From positions 172,262 through 236,261 of the forward strand of contig JBEKII010000001.1 of the NCBI GenBank assembly GCA_050011835.1: 64,000 bases of DNA. The letters run 5' to 3'. The notes under the pieces are model-generated. The model ran no database searches. It was not told where the DNA came from and saw nothing but the letters and a program-made list of their open reading frames with translations. Positions 10,113 through 20,007 of this stretch are shown piece by piece. How positions within the stretch are numbered: position 1 is the first letter of the stretch; every line of letters starts with the position of its first letter. The DNA comes from Minisyncoccia bacterium. Lineage in GTDB: Bacteria > Patescibacteriota > Minisyncoccia > Phycocordibacterales > Phycocordibacteraceae. A program made the position numbers and the translations under genes.

Positions 10113-10763
10113 TTACCGCGGATCGGATTTCGGCCACTCAATGAGCGTGCCGGCTTTTGTTTCTATTGAATCGGCACGGCGGACGTAGCGCCAATTCCCT
10201 TTCGGCACGAGTTCATACTGCGGTAAGGCGTCCAGAGCATCGGCAATATTCCAGAGGTCATGTTCAGCCGTAATCCACGTGGTTCCGAAACGCCGCATAT
10301 CAAGCGGTTTTGAATAGAGTTCAAGCACTTTCTCTCCTGTTGAATTTATAAACCATTCGTGAAAATACGAAAGTGCGAGCTCGCGCGGCGTGCGATATAT
10401 CGGATCTCGGAACCGTAGGCACGCATGATTCGTCTTACTGATGGCGCCATAAAGACCGCTGCGCTTGTAGAGTGCGACCACATGGTCAAAGTCGCCGCGG
10501 CCCGGCCGCGGCGAAAGATTCATAATTACGGGCGGCTCGCCATTAATCCAGAGAGCGGCAGCCGCAAGAAGCGCGCCTTCAATACAGTGCGCCTTCTTCT
10601 TTCGTAAGACGCGACGCGGGGACATATGCGTATCGCCTTTCCTCTCCCAATTAAACGAAAGCGTGTCTAAAAAATTTTGTATCTTGATTGGCGTTGAGAG
10701 GCGCGCGAGCGTCTTATATTCGCGCAGTGTCAGTCCTGATGCCGCGCGCGCGAGGCGTTTCAT
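10113..10763 (-). CDS. hypothetical protein, possible transglutaminase-like/papain-fold cysteine hydrolase
   Basis: KKAHCIEGALLAAAAL (Cys), DFDHVVALY (His), later Asp; pattern only, weak. Confidence 0.3.
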   Translation of the reverse strand: MKRLARAASGLTLREYKTLARLSTPIKIQNFLDTLSFNWERKGDTHMSPRRVLRKKKAHCIEGALLAAAALWINGEPPVIMNLSPRPGRGDFDHVVALYKRSGLYGAISKTNHACLRFRDPIYRTPRELALSYFHEWFINSTGEKVLELYSKPLDMRRFGTTWITAEHDLWNIADALDALPQYELVPKGNWRYVRRADSIETKAGTLIEWPKSDPR

Positions 10764-10788
10764 ATGCTTCTAGCATACCGCACGCGAA

Positions 10789-11373
10789 CTATTTGAGTGC
10801 GAGACCGCCGTCACCCTTAACTATCGCCGTGAGGTCGGCTTGCGTCTTTGGGAGGTGGTTCGGGTTTGTGATATTGACAAAACCAACGACGCGCACATTA
10901 GTAGTGCAGACGCCGAGTACCGTACTGGCGTTTTCTATACCGTCCGCCATTGCGTAGTTTGTCGTCGTGCTGAAAAGAAGGTCAATGCGATCGGTGTAAC
11001 GTGCATTCATCGTGTCAGCGATGACGCGATAACCGACAAGCGGCTTCACAATACCGTAGCCGCACAAACCCCCCGAGACTGATGAGCTGTCAATTTCAAT
11101 AATAGTACCAAAAGGAAACTTGCTCGCGAGATTTTGCGAGCGCGCCGCGACGGTCTCCGGATTTGAATATGTGCCAGAGGCGGTTACAAAAGGATGGTCG
11201 CTTGTTTGTTCCGGAACGGCGTTATAGGCGGTAAGTGTTACCGCGTAACTCGGCAATGCCGGCGTAATGGGCGTGCTCGTTGAAGCGGGCGGCACAAGCG
11301 CGGCGCCTGAAAAAAGAAAAAACCCCATAAGGGTTCCAAGAATAGGCATAAAATAATTTAGCGAAATAGCCAA
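10789..11373 (-). CDS. secreted 3D-domain (MltA-like barrel) protein
   Basis: Signal/TM N-terminus; TAYNAVPEQTSDHPFVTASGTYSNPETVAARS matches the 3D domain signature. Confidence 0.55.
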   Translation of the reverse strand: MAISLNYFMPILGTLMGFFLFSGAALVPPASTSTPITPALPSYAVTLTAYNAVPEQTSDHPFVTASGTYSNPETVAARSQNLASKFPFGTIIEIDSSSVSGGLCGYGIVKPLVGYRVIADTMNARYTDRIDLLFSTTTNYAMADGIENASTVLGVCTTNVRVVGFVNITNPNHLPKTQADLTAIVKGDGGLALK

Positions 11374-11491
11374 TGGCTACCTCGCTTTTTAGATACTAGC
11401 ATATTGACAATATTCTGTCAATGGGTTGAAGAAATGAAAATCCCCGGTCGCAAGTGGCCGGGGATTTTGAGGGAAGTCTAATTTCTCTTCT

Positions 11492-12577
11492 CTACCAGAG
11501 CTCATACCCGGGCCACTCCCATGGCAGATGCGCGGTAGATGCTTTCTGATTATTAGGTGGCAGATTGGCCATAAATCTGTCTCCGTACGGACGATTACCG
11601 TCTGGAAACAAAATTACAACGTGGATTCTGCCGTCATCATTACGAAGTGAGTCAAAGGTCGCCCCGGTGACATTTTCCTTACATCGTCGGAGGAACCGAA
11701 GCGCCCCCAAATAAGCGAGCCCACTACTGGGACCAACGGTGATTCCCATCGTCCAATTGAACCACGAAGCTGCCAAATATGAAGGTCTCCTTTGAATTTC
11801 AATATAATCGTCCAGTGCTTCTCGCCAGGGCAAAGTAATTTCCTCCATGCGGTTGAGGTCTCTGACTCCGGGAATCTCTTGCCCCGAAGACAGAAGTACT
11901 CCCACAATTCTGATATTCTTTAGCTTTCTGCGAAGATATTCACTGACTCCAATCAGTGTCCCTCCTGTACCGATCCCGGCAACAAAGACCGCCGGCGGAT
12001 AAACGGCTCGATTCAAGATTCTTGGCGCAGTGAGTTCCGCATGTAATTCCGTGTTAGCTGGGTTGGCATACTGGTCAAGATTGAGAACGCCATTTTCGGC
12101 ATGCCAACCTTCGGCCTTCCATCCGCCACCTCCCAATTTTCTTGCTGTACCGATAACGCTCAAACCTTCTTCAGGAGGAATGATATCCGCCCCTGCCAGA
12201 AGGAGTGGGTATCTCTTCCCGTCCGGCAAGTCAGGCGCGACCACAAGCTTAACGTGCGGTATGCCGAACGACTTCGCCATAGCCGCGAGCACGACGCCAG
12301 TGTTACCGGATGTCGCCTCCACTAAGGTATGCACGCCCCGGAGCATTCCGGATCCCTCGGCTCTCAATAACATGCCATATACGGTGAGAAATTTTATATT
12401 CTCATACGGCAAATGAGACGCAAGCGCTACCGAAATGTCGACTCCGTCATCCTTAAAAGGATTCAATTTGTCTGAAATCGGAAAAACCGGCAACGGCCAA
12501 TTACGCCAGCACTTCAAGTAATGACTACGTTGTTCTTTCATCTCTTTCTCCTTTCCTTTCTGAGATTTAAAAAACAA
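11492..12577 (-). CDS. PLP-dependent (PALP fold) cysteine synthase/CBS-like enzyme
   Basis: VEATSGNTG, G-rich loops (GIGTGGT) typical of the tryptophan-synthase-beta/cysteine synthase fold. Confidence 0.6.
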   Translation of the reverse strand: MFFKSQKGKEKEMKEQRSHYLKCWRNWPLPVFPISDKLNPFKDDGVDISVALASHLPYENIKFLTVYGMLLRAEGSGMLRGVHTLVEATSGNTGVVLAAMAKSFGIPHVKLVVAPDLPDGKRYPLLLAGADIIPPEEGLSVIGTARKLGGGGWKAEGWHAENGVLNLDQYANPANTELHAELTAPRILNRAVYPPAVFVAGIGTGGTLIGVSEYLRRKLKNIRIVGVLLSSGQEIPGVRDLNRMEEITLPWREALDDYIEIQRRPSYLAASWFNWTMGITVGPSSGLAYLGALRFLRRCKENVTGATFDSLRNDDGRIHVVILFPDGNRPYGDRFMANLPPNNQKASTAHLPWEWPGYELW

Positions 12578-12634
12578 AATCGCCCATGAAGGGCTTCCGA
12601 GCGGAAGAGTACGCCGAATTATGACTTTTGCAAA

Positions 12635-13009
12635 CTACGTTGGTCGCCAGCCTTTTTCCACCTCGGTAATGCGATTTTTATCATCCATAAAAACAACCGT
12701 GGGACTTACCTTAAGCGCATCCTTTGAATCAACCCACGCCTCGCCAAGAATGACGACCTTGTCGCCTTTCTGGAAGAGTCGCGCCGGCGGACCGTTGAGA
12801 ATGATGTCTCCCTTCCCTTTCTTGCTTTTTATAATATAGGTGCGCCAGAGAACAGCATTTGACACATTCGTAATCTGCACCATCTGCCCCGGCAAGAGCC
12901 CGGCCGCCTCAAGCAGGGTTTCATCTATCGTGATGGAGCCGACATAGTTGAGGTCAGCGTCGGTTACCGTCGCCCGATGTAATTTCGCGATACAAACATT
13001 TATCAACAT
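12635..13009 (-). CDS. panD: aspartate 1-decarboxylase
   Basis: MLINVCIAKLHRATVTDADLNYVGSITIDE...; conserved KLHRATVT and GSITID (pyruvoyl Ser) motifs; start at internal Met of the ORF. Confidence 0.8.
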   Translation of the reverse strand: MLINVCIAKLHRATVTDADLNYVGSITIDETLLEAAGLLPGQMVQITNVSNAVLWRTYIIKSKKGKGDIILNGPPARLFQKGDKVVILGEAWVDSKDALKVSPTVVFMDDKNRITEVEKGWRPT

Positions 13010-13057
13010 ACGAGAAGTATAGCATATGTGCGTTGCCACTCTCACTATGCTGTATAA

Positions 13058-14260
13058 ATGGTATTGTTAAAAGAATTTGATATGAATCTTTCTTTCTTGG
13101 TAAACATTGTTGCACTGCTCTTTTCTTTTTTCGTCATCGGAGCGGTGCTCGGCGCCGTTTTCTCTAAGCCAGTACGAAAAAAACTCGTTGCATTCTTACG
13201 CTTTGAGTATCTTCCGCGCCTCTTGCTCAATAAATCCTCGTGCAATCCAATCATCAAGCCGGGAACTCATCCTTGGACTGCAGAAGCGGTCATGAATCCG
13301 GCGGCGATTGTCCTTGATGACCGAACCCATCTCGTCTTCCGCGCGATCGGCATGGATGGCGTATCGCGACTCGGTTATGCCAGTAGCGCGAACGGTATCG
13401 TTTTTGACAAGCAATTGCCGTACCCTATCTACATCGCACAAAGCCCCCGGAGGATTCCAAGTTACCGGCGCCGATTCTCACCAGTCATGTATCCTTCAGG
13501 CGGCAGCTGGGGTGGATGTGAGGACCCACGCATGGTTGTCATAGAAGGGCGCGTGTATATCACCTTTAATATGTTTGATGGTTGGGATTTCATCCGTGTC
13601 TCCACGATCTCAATTGCAGAAAATGACTTTATGACTGAACGATTTTGGAAATGGGACGGTCCGTATCTCCTCTCGCCGCCACGACAAATCCATAAAAATT
13701 GGGTTCTCTTCCCAGAAAAAATTAGTGGGAGATTCGCCATTCTCCATAGCATTGCTCCCGAAATAGAAATCGCTTATCGCGATTCAATTGAGGATATCGG
13801 CACAGAAGAACCTTTCATTGAAAGCTGGGTCGGGGCGCGCTTCGATCTTCCGGAGCGAGAAAATACCTGGGACAGTTTCGTCCGAAATCCTGGGCCCCCG
13901 CCGATACGGACCGACCGTGGATGGCTTCTTTTTTATCACGCGTTTCATAAATCCGACCGAGAGGCATCAATCGGATATCGTATTGGCGCAATGCTTCTCG
14001 ACTTCGCTGACCCGACCAAAGTACTCTATCGCTCTGCCGCACCCGTCATTTCGCCTGAAGAAAATTACGAAAATCATGGCAATAAGTTCGGCGTCGTCTA
14101 CGCATGCGGCGCGGTCGTCCGTGATGGCACGCTCTTTGTTTATTACGGCGGTTCTGATAAAGTCGTGTGCGTTGCGACCGCGCCCTTAGATGCTTTCCTC
14201 GATGCGCTCGCTGCGGGCAGCCAACCGCGGCTGAATGAGCAAAATGCCCAAACTCCCTGA
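13058..14260 (+). CDS. GH130-family glycoside phosphorylase (mannoside-phosphorylase-like), membrane-anchored
   Basis: N-terminal TM; NPAAI, GCEDPRMV, and C-terminal YACGAVVRDGTLFVYYGGSDK motifs of the GH130/DUF377 5-bladed propeller family. Confidence 0.7.
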   Translation: MVLLKEFDMNLSFLVNIVALLFSFFVIGAVLGAVFSKPVRKKLVAFLRFEYLPRLLLNKSSCNPIIKPGTHPWTAEAVMNPAAIVLDDRTHLVFRAIGMDGVSRLGYASSANGIVFDKQLPYPIYIAQSPRRIPSYRRRFSPVMYPSGGSWGGCEDPRMVVIEGRVYITFNMFDGWDFIRVSTISIAENDFMTERFWKWDGPYLLSPPRQIHKNWVLFPEKISGRFAILHSIAPEIEIAYRDSIEDIGTEEPFIESWVGARFDLPERENTWDSFVRNPGPPPIRTDRGWLLFYHAFHKSDREASIGYRIGAMLLDFADPTKVLYRSAAPVISPEENYENHGNKFGVVYACGAVVRDGTLFVYYGGSDKVVCVATAPLDAFLDALAAGSQPRLNEQNAQTP

Positions 14261-15278
14261 CGTGACGCAAGAATCCAGAGCATATATTCAACACATTGGG
14301 AAAGTCATCGAAAATGATGCCCGTTTTAAGTATGTTATGGCCTTAACGCTTAATCCGCGTTCTGGAAACCGGGAAGGGGTCATCAGATGTATTACGAGCA
14401 GAAAAGGGAAAGAAGGCGTCGCTGGTCAAATTGACAGAAGCGTATTGCATAAAGTGAAAGGCAAATCCCTCGAGCACTTTGAGATCGGAGAAAAAATTCG
14501 CATCAAGCTTCAGGAAAAGATTATTAAAAAGTTTTCTAGGAAAAATATTGATTTCTTAGGACTGGAGGATCCAGATATTTGGGTTGATGAAAAGACAAAT
14601 CTCATACATTTATATTTCACTATACCTTTAATCGCTAAGAAGAAGACATGGATTCATCTCGGCCATGCTTTTGGAAAAGATTTGGATAATCTGAATATGA
14701 CAATGCCAGTGTTAATGGCGGGTAGGAGAGGAGGTGCAAAAGAAGTTAGTATTGCGCCGCTAAATAAAAAAGGATCGAGATACAATCTTGTTGAATCCTC
14801 GGACAAAATAAAAGATACCTATTTCTCAGTTGTTCGAACAGCTATCGCTAGAGATATGGGCAAACCTTGGAAATTTGGAAAAATAGTTTTTCATCCCGGG
14901 AGACAATCTGCTCGCTGGATTGCCGGACATGCGTCGCCCGGGCCATTTCTTCCTAGTACATTTATCGATATCGGTCCCGGTAGACGAGTAGGGATCATGA
15001 ACGGGTGTGGGGCTAATAAAATAATCGGAGGGGAAACAAAGTATGGGACTTTCTCGATCGGTCTCTTTATATACGATTATGAAAAAGGAAAAATCGATTG
15101 GGTTTCTCCGAAACCTTTTATCCAAGATAGCCAGGCAGGCAAGGTGAGAGCCATTACGTTTGCGAGCCAATTTGTGGAAACGAATCCGGGCAAAGGAATT
15201 CTTTATGCACATGTCAATGACTCTTTTGTACGCGCATATACGTTGTATGCTGAAGGCATTCAAGCGTTGCTTCCTTAA
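14235..15278 (+). CDS. divergent GH130-like beta-propeller protein
   Basis: GLEDPDIW aligns with GCEDPR box; C-terminal ...ILYAHVNDSFV like GH130 end; Lys-rich and AT-richer than neighbours; 26-nt overlap with upstream gene. Confidence 0.45.
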   Translation: MSKMPKLPDVTQESRAYIQHIGKVIENDARFKYVMALTLNPRSGNREGVIRCITSRKGKEGVAGQIDRSVLHKVKGKSLEHFEIGEKIRIKLQEKIIKKFSRKNIDFLGLEDPDIWVDEKTNLIHLYFTIPLIAKKKTWIHLGHAFGKDLDNLNMTMPVLMAGRRGGAKEVSIAPLNKKGSRYNLVESSDKIKDTYFSVVRTAIARDMGKPWKFGKIVFHPGRQSARWIAGHASPGPFLPSTFIDIGPGRRVGIMNGCGANKIIGGETKYGTFSIGLFIYDYEKGKIDWVSPKPFIQDSQAGKVRAITFASQFVETNPGKGILYAHVNDSFVRAYTLYAEGIQALLP

Positions 15279-15283
15279 TTATT

Positions 15284-17200
15284 ATGTTCGTCATCCGCCG
15301 AGAACCAAGTAATCCCATCCTCGCGCCACAACGCGAACGGCCGTGGGAATCGGTCGCAACGTATAACCCTTCTGCGGTTCGTACTCCCGAAGGTGTGCGG
15401 CTTTTTTATCGCGCGCTTGGGAATCCCAATGTGCTTCAAACGCCGACCGCTGAATTATCAAGTATCGGCACAGCTTTTGCTGAAGACGGCGTTCATTTCC
15501 ATTCGCGCCAACAGGTAATTATTCCAGAGGAATCGTGGGATGTGTTTGGGTGCGAAGACCCGCGCGTTACCTTTTTTGAAGGAAAATGGTACTGCTTCTA
15601 TACCGCGCTCGGCGGCTACCCTTTCGGTCCCGATAATATCAAAGTCGCTCTCGCTATCGGCGACACACCGGACCATTTTACAGAGCGCCACCTCATCACG
15701 CCATTTAATGCAAAAGCAGCGACGCTTTTCCCCGAACGCATTGATGGCGATATCGTGCTCCTTTTAACCACACATACCGACTGGACTCAAGAATATCCGC
15801 GACCAACTATCGCGCTTGCGCACGCGAGGCGAATAGAAGATTTTTTTGATACCGATTATTGGCACCGCTGGCATGACCATCTTGCCGATCATGCAATTCA
15901 TGAACTGCGCCGCGATGACGGCGACCATGTTGAAGTCGGCGCATCGCCTTTATTGACCGAAGACGGCTGGTTACTTATCTATTCTTATATCCAGAATTAC
16001 TATGACGAGCAAAAACGCATTTTTTCAATTGAAGCCGCGCTTCTCAACCGCGATAATCCGCAAAAGCTTATCTCGCGTACCGAGTCCTTTCTCGTACCAC
16101 AAGAGTTTTACGAGGAATACGGCCTCGTACCGCATATCGTCTTCCCCACGAGCGTAACAGTAACTAACGATACCTGCCTTGAAATTTGGTATGGCGCGGC
16201 CGATACTGTTTGCGCCAAGGCGAACGTGAAGCTTCCCGACCTTCTGCGCGCGCTTGACCCCGAACGGCCAGCGCGGACTTTCACACGCGCCGCGAACAAT
16301 CCCATCCTCGCGCCTCGCGGTGAAGGATTTGAAAATCGTGAAGTGATAAACGCCGCCGCTGTTGAGCTTAATGGCTTGATATACCTTCTCTACCGCGCGA
16401 TGGACGCCGCCAGTACTTCCACCATCGGGCTTGCGACCTCAAAAGACGGACTCACCATTGACGAGCGGCTGCCCGAACCTATTTATATCCCGCGCCAGGA
16501 ATTCGAAAAGAAACACGGAAGCCCTACCGGCAATTCTGGGTGCGAAGACCCGCGTATCGTGCGCATCGGCGACACGCTCCATATGACATACACCGCATAC
16601 GACGGCGTCCATGCGCCTGCAGGGGCGATCTCGTCAATCGGCGTTGACGACTTCCTCGCGCGGCAATGGCAGAAGTGGAACGCGCCTTTCATCCTGACGC
16701 CAGAAGGCGTCGACGATAAAGACCTCGCGCTTCTGCCTGAAAAAATCGGCGGGAATTACCTGCTTTACCATCGCATTAATAATCAAATCTGCGCCGACCT
16801 CTTGCCTGACCTCGTCTCGGGTAAACGCGCGAGCCGCGGCATAAAAATTATAGGGCCGCGCCTCGGCATGTGGGACGGCGCCAAGGTCGGCAGTACGGCA
16901 CCGCCGATTAAAGTCGGTGACAAATGGCTGATGATCTACCATGGCATCTCACGCCACGCGACGTATCGTCTCGGCGCCGCACTTCTCGGCGCTGACGGAC
17001 TCACGGTCCTTGCGCGCACCGCCGACCCAATCTTTGAACCATTGGAGAAATACGAGAAAGAAGGCGCCGTTCCGAATGTTGTCTTCTCTTGCGGCATCGT
17101 AGTGCGCGATGACACCGTCTTCCTTTATTACGGCGGCGCCGATAAAGTCCTCGGCGTCGCAACCGCCTCGCTCGCTCATATCGTTGACGCGCTTTCTTAA
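15284..17200 (+). CDS. tandem-duplicated GH130-family glycoside phosphorylase (two GH130 domains)
   Basis: Two repeats each with NPILAP... and GCEDPR(V/I) boxes and ...VVFSCGIVVRDDTVFLYYGGADKV end. Confidence 0.7.
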   Translation: MFVIRREPSNPILAPQRERPWESVATYNPSAVRTPEGVRLFYRALGNPNVLQTPTAELSSIGTAFAEDGVHFHSRQQVIIPEESWDVFGCEDPRVTFFEGKWYCFYTALGGYPFGPDNIKVALAIGDTPDHFTERHLITPFNAKAATLFPERIDGDIVLLLTTHTDWTQEYPRPTIALAHARRIEDFFDTDYWHRWHDHLADHAIHELRRDDGDHVEVGASPLLTEDGWLLIYSYIQNYYDEQKRIFSIEAALLNRDNPQKLISRTESFLVPQEFYEEYGLVPHIVFPTSVTVTNDTCLEIWYGAADTVCAKANVKLPDLLRALDPERPARTFTRAANNPILAPRGEGFENREVINAAAVELNGLIYLLYRAMDAASTSTIGLATSKDGLTIDERLPEPIYIPRQEFEKKHGSPTGNSGCEDPRIVRIGDTLHMTYTAYDGVHAPAGAISSIGVDDFLARQWQKWNAPFILTPEGVDDKDLALLPEKIGGNYLLYHRINNQICADLLPDLVSGKRASRGIKIIGPRLGMWDGAKVGSTAPPIKVGDKWLMIYHGISRHATYRLGAALLGADGLTVLARTADPIFEPLEKYEKEGAVPNVVFSCGIVVRDDTVFLYYGGADKVLGVATASLAHIVDALS

Positions 17201-17201
17201 A

Positions 17202-17957
17202 ATGAAAACCATTCCTCGCGTAATCATTTTTGACCTTGACGGCACGCTGACCGAAAGCAAGCAGCCGCTTACTCCGGAAGTGGGAGTGTGGCTTGCGCGC
17301 TTGGTGCTTAAGATGCCAGTTGCTGTGATGAGCGGCGGTTCCTATGCACAATTCCAAAAGCAATTTTTAGGCAATATGCCCAAAGATGCTGATTACAAAA
17401 ATCTATATCTTTTCCCCGCAAGCGCCACGCAGTGCTACGCATGGAAAGACGGCAGTTGGCGCATTCTCTATAACAATCTTTTCACTCCTGAAGAAAAATC
17501 TCATGTATTGCAAGCGCTTGCGGAGTCCCTCAAAGAAACGGATCTCGGTCATCCGCCGCAACTCTGGGGCGAACAAATTGAGGATCGCGGGTCGCAAATC
17601 ACTTGGTCGGCGCTCGGGCAACAGGCGCCTGTTGAAACGAAAAAGGCATGGGACCCGGACAGGGAAAAACGTTTGCCGCTCCAGAGAGCTCTTCTTCGGC
17701 GGATTCCTGATTTCTCAATTCGTATCAATGCGACGACTTCCATCGACATAACACGCAAGGGCATTACAAAAGCATATGGCATACGACAATTTTCAGAAAT
17801 TATTGCGACACCCGTTTCTGCGATGCTTTACGTCGGTGACGCTCTTTTCCCGGGGGGCAATGACGAAATCGTGAAAGAAACGGGGATTGAAACACAACAA
17901 GTCGATGGCCCGGACGAAACTGTAGAAATAATAGAAGGACTGCTTACCCTCGCATAA
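17202..17957 (+). CDS. HAD-IIB hydrolase, eukaryotic-type phosphomannomutase (PMM)-like
   Basis: IFDLDGTLT (DxDGT nucleophile motif) at N-terminus; C-terminal YVGDALFPGGNDEIV matches PMM2 FGDKTMPGGNDHEIF. Confidence 0.6.
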   Translation: MKTIPRVIIFDLDGTLTESKQPLTPEVGVWLARLVLKMPVAVMSGGSYAQFQKQFLGNMPKDADYKNLYLFPASATQCYAWKDGSWRILYNNLFTPEEKSHVLQALAESLKETDLGHPPQLWGEQIEDRGSQITWSALGQQAPVETKKAWDPDREKRLPLQRALLRRIPDFSIRINATTSIDITRKGITKAYGIRQFSEIIATPVSAMLYVGDALFPGGNDEIVKETGIETQQVDGPDETVEIIEGLLTLA

Positions 17958-19656
17958 GTCGCACGAGACGGATAGTTTCAAAAGAATAGCGGCCGCGAAG
18001 CGCATGGAAGACGGGCGAAAGGCGCTTGCTGCCGTTCTCGGCAAACGCCTCATGTATTTCATCAACTGCGCCGAGTGGCACGAGATGCGCGAAATCGGCG
18101 CGCGTCAATTTCCCCATTTCGGAAAGTTCCTCCAGATGTTTTACGATAGTGCTTATTGTCAATCCACGCTCTTTTGCTGCTTCTTTTAAATTTTTCGCAT
18201 CGCGTGCAGCTTGGAGCGTTTCCGCTAACCTCCCGGGCAAGTTCCTTTCGCGCGCGCCGCTTTGCGGCACGCGTTTTGTATCCGTATTCTCCATCCACGC
18301 CCCGCCCATTGCTTTTACAAACTTTTTCTGCATGGCGAGCGTTTCCGCTTCCGGCATTTCCGCGAATGCATCCCGCGCCGCGTCTGACGCGGCGCGAAAA
18401 TCCCTATCTTTCTTCAAAATTTCCGGATGTACTTGTAGCGCGCGTTCATTCATGCCCGTGAGATACAATCCCGAAAGCCGCCGTACTCGCGAGAGCGCAA
18501 CGTACCCCTGTCCGTATTCAAACGCTTTTGAAAGGTCAATAACCGCGGCATCCATGCTCATTCCTTGGCTTTTGTGCACCGTCATCGCGTAAGCGAGCCG
18601 GAGCGGTATCTGCGAGATGCTCGCGCGCACCTTGCCCCGCTCCTCAAGCTGCCATTCCATCGGCTCAGTAGTTATTCTCATGCCTTCCTTCGTTTTAATA
18701 ATCGGTAAATCGTCAGCGCTCCAGCCGCTGACGATGCCGAGCGTGCCGTTGACGAATTTCCCTTGAGGCGAATTCTTGGTAAACATCACTGCCGCACCTT
18801 CCTTCAGTTCCAAGATTTCCGGCGAGAGACAGCCGCGCATGAGTCCTTCTACAAGCGAGTCCTTCCCTTTTGAGCTCATGTGGAATTTCTTTGATTTGCC
18901 GGGAATTTTCGCAAGCTCGTCGGCATTGATACGGTCAACGTCGGCATTATGCGAAAAAAGTTTTGGCACCTCGCCCACGCTCGGTGTCTTTGACAAGGAC
19001 ATATGTCTCGATATGAGTCGTTCGCGGTGTTCTTCTTCAACTCGCCCTAAACGTATCGCCGAAAGTATGCCGAGAAATTCAGCATCGTCCTGCCGATATT
19101 GTTCGGTGATATAGCAGACGAGCGGATTCAACTCGCGCCAGACCGGCGACGCATAGGCGAATGCGCTGCCGCGATCGTGCGACACCGGCGGCAATTGGAA
19201 AAAATCGCCGACGAGAACGACCGGGAGCCCGCCGAACGGCGTATCAACGCGCCGCACCTCGCGGCATATAGCGTCCGCCATTTCAAATGTCGCCGCCGAA
19301 AGCATCGAGATCTCCTCAACGATAAGCACCTTCGCTTTCGTGATGCGCTTCGCGATATGTTCCTTGCTCGCGATGCGGTCCACATCGGCTCTCGTGAGCG
19401 ATTCGCTGATGCCGATGCCGCTCCACGAATGAAGCGTCATGCCGCCGACATGCGTCGCCGCGATACCGGTCGCCGCCGTTACCGAGGGTTCGATGCCCGA
19501 GGCGCGCAACCAATCAATATATTCATTTATCGTGTGCGTCTTCCCGCTCCCCGGCTCGCCAGTGAGGAATACGTTCGCGCCCGTCTTTAATATCGTGAGC
19601 GCCTCGCCTTGGGTCATTCGGACACTGTACCATCCTCTTTTTTGAATTCGAGGCAC
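17944..19656 (-). CDS. Pif1/RecD-family SF1B DNA helicase
   Basis: Walker A GEPGSGKTHTI, motif II LIVEEISM, Pif1-like layout with C-terminal UvrD_C_2-like region and HTH-like tail. Confidence 0.7.
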   Translation of the reverse strand: MPRIQKRGWYSVRMTQGEALTILKTGANVFLTGEPGSGKTHTINEYIDWLRASGIEPSVTAATGIAATHVGGMTLHSWSGIGISESLTRADVDRIASKEHIAKRITKAKVLIVEEISMLSAATFEMADAICREVRRVDTPFGGLPVVLVGDFFQLPPVSHDRGSAFAYASPVWRELNPLVCYITEQYRQDDAEFLGILSAIRLGRVEEEHRERLISRHMSLSKTPSVGEVPKLFSHNADVDRINADELAKIPGKSKKFHMSSKGKDSLVEGLMRGCLSPEILELKEGAAVMFTKNSPQGKFVNGTLGIVSGWSADDLPIIKTKEGMRITTEPMEWQLEERGKVRASISQIPLRLAYAMTVHKSQGMSMDAAVIDLSKAFEYGQGYVALSRVRRLSGLYLTGMNERALQVHPEILKKDRDFRAASDAARDAFAEMPEAETLAMQKKFVKAMGGAWMENTDTKRVPQSGARERNLPGRLAETLQAARDAKNLKEAAKERGLTISTIVKHLEELSEMGKLTRADFAHLVPLGAVDEIHEAFAENGSKRLSPVFHALRGRYSFETIRLVRLMRG

Positions 19657-20003
19657 ACCGAATTAATGCAGTAACGCTTCCCGCCGGCGTCCTTCGGCCC
19701 GTCGTCAAACACATGACCGAGGTGGGCTCCGCAGTTTTTACAGATGACCTCTGCTCTCTGCATTCCTCCGCTCGTATCCTTGCGCAATTCAACCTTTTCA
19801 AGATTCATCGGGTTGGTGAAGCTCGGCCAGCCGGTTCCGGAGTCAAATTTTGTGTCAGATGAAAAGAGTTCGGCCCCGCAAATCGCACAGCGATACATCC
19901 CTTTCCCGTGATGGTTTACGTACGCGCCGGTAAACGGCGCTTCGGTCCCGCCCTCGCGCGCGACGTGTCGAAGTTCTGGCGAAAGCTCCTCATCCTTTTT
20001 CAT
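19614..20003 (-). CDS. msrB: peptide-methionine (R)-S-oxide reductase MsrB
   Basis: CAICGAELFSSDTKFDSGTGWPSF and CxxC..HLGHVF SelR motifs; start at internal Met. Confidence 0.85.
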   Translation of the reverse strand: MKKDEELSPELRHVAREGGTEAPFTGAYVNHHGKGMYRCAICGAELFSSDTKFDSGTGWPSFTNPMNLEKVELRKDTSGGMQRAEVICKNCGAHLGHVFDDGPKDAGGKRYCINSVCLEFKKEDGTVSE

Positions 20004-20007
20004 GGCG

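Noticed and set aside
13045-13257. 70-aa minus-strand ORF overlapping the start of the first GH130 gene
   Set aside because: Overlaps the TM-encoding 5' end of a well-supported gene; no RBS; likely spurious.
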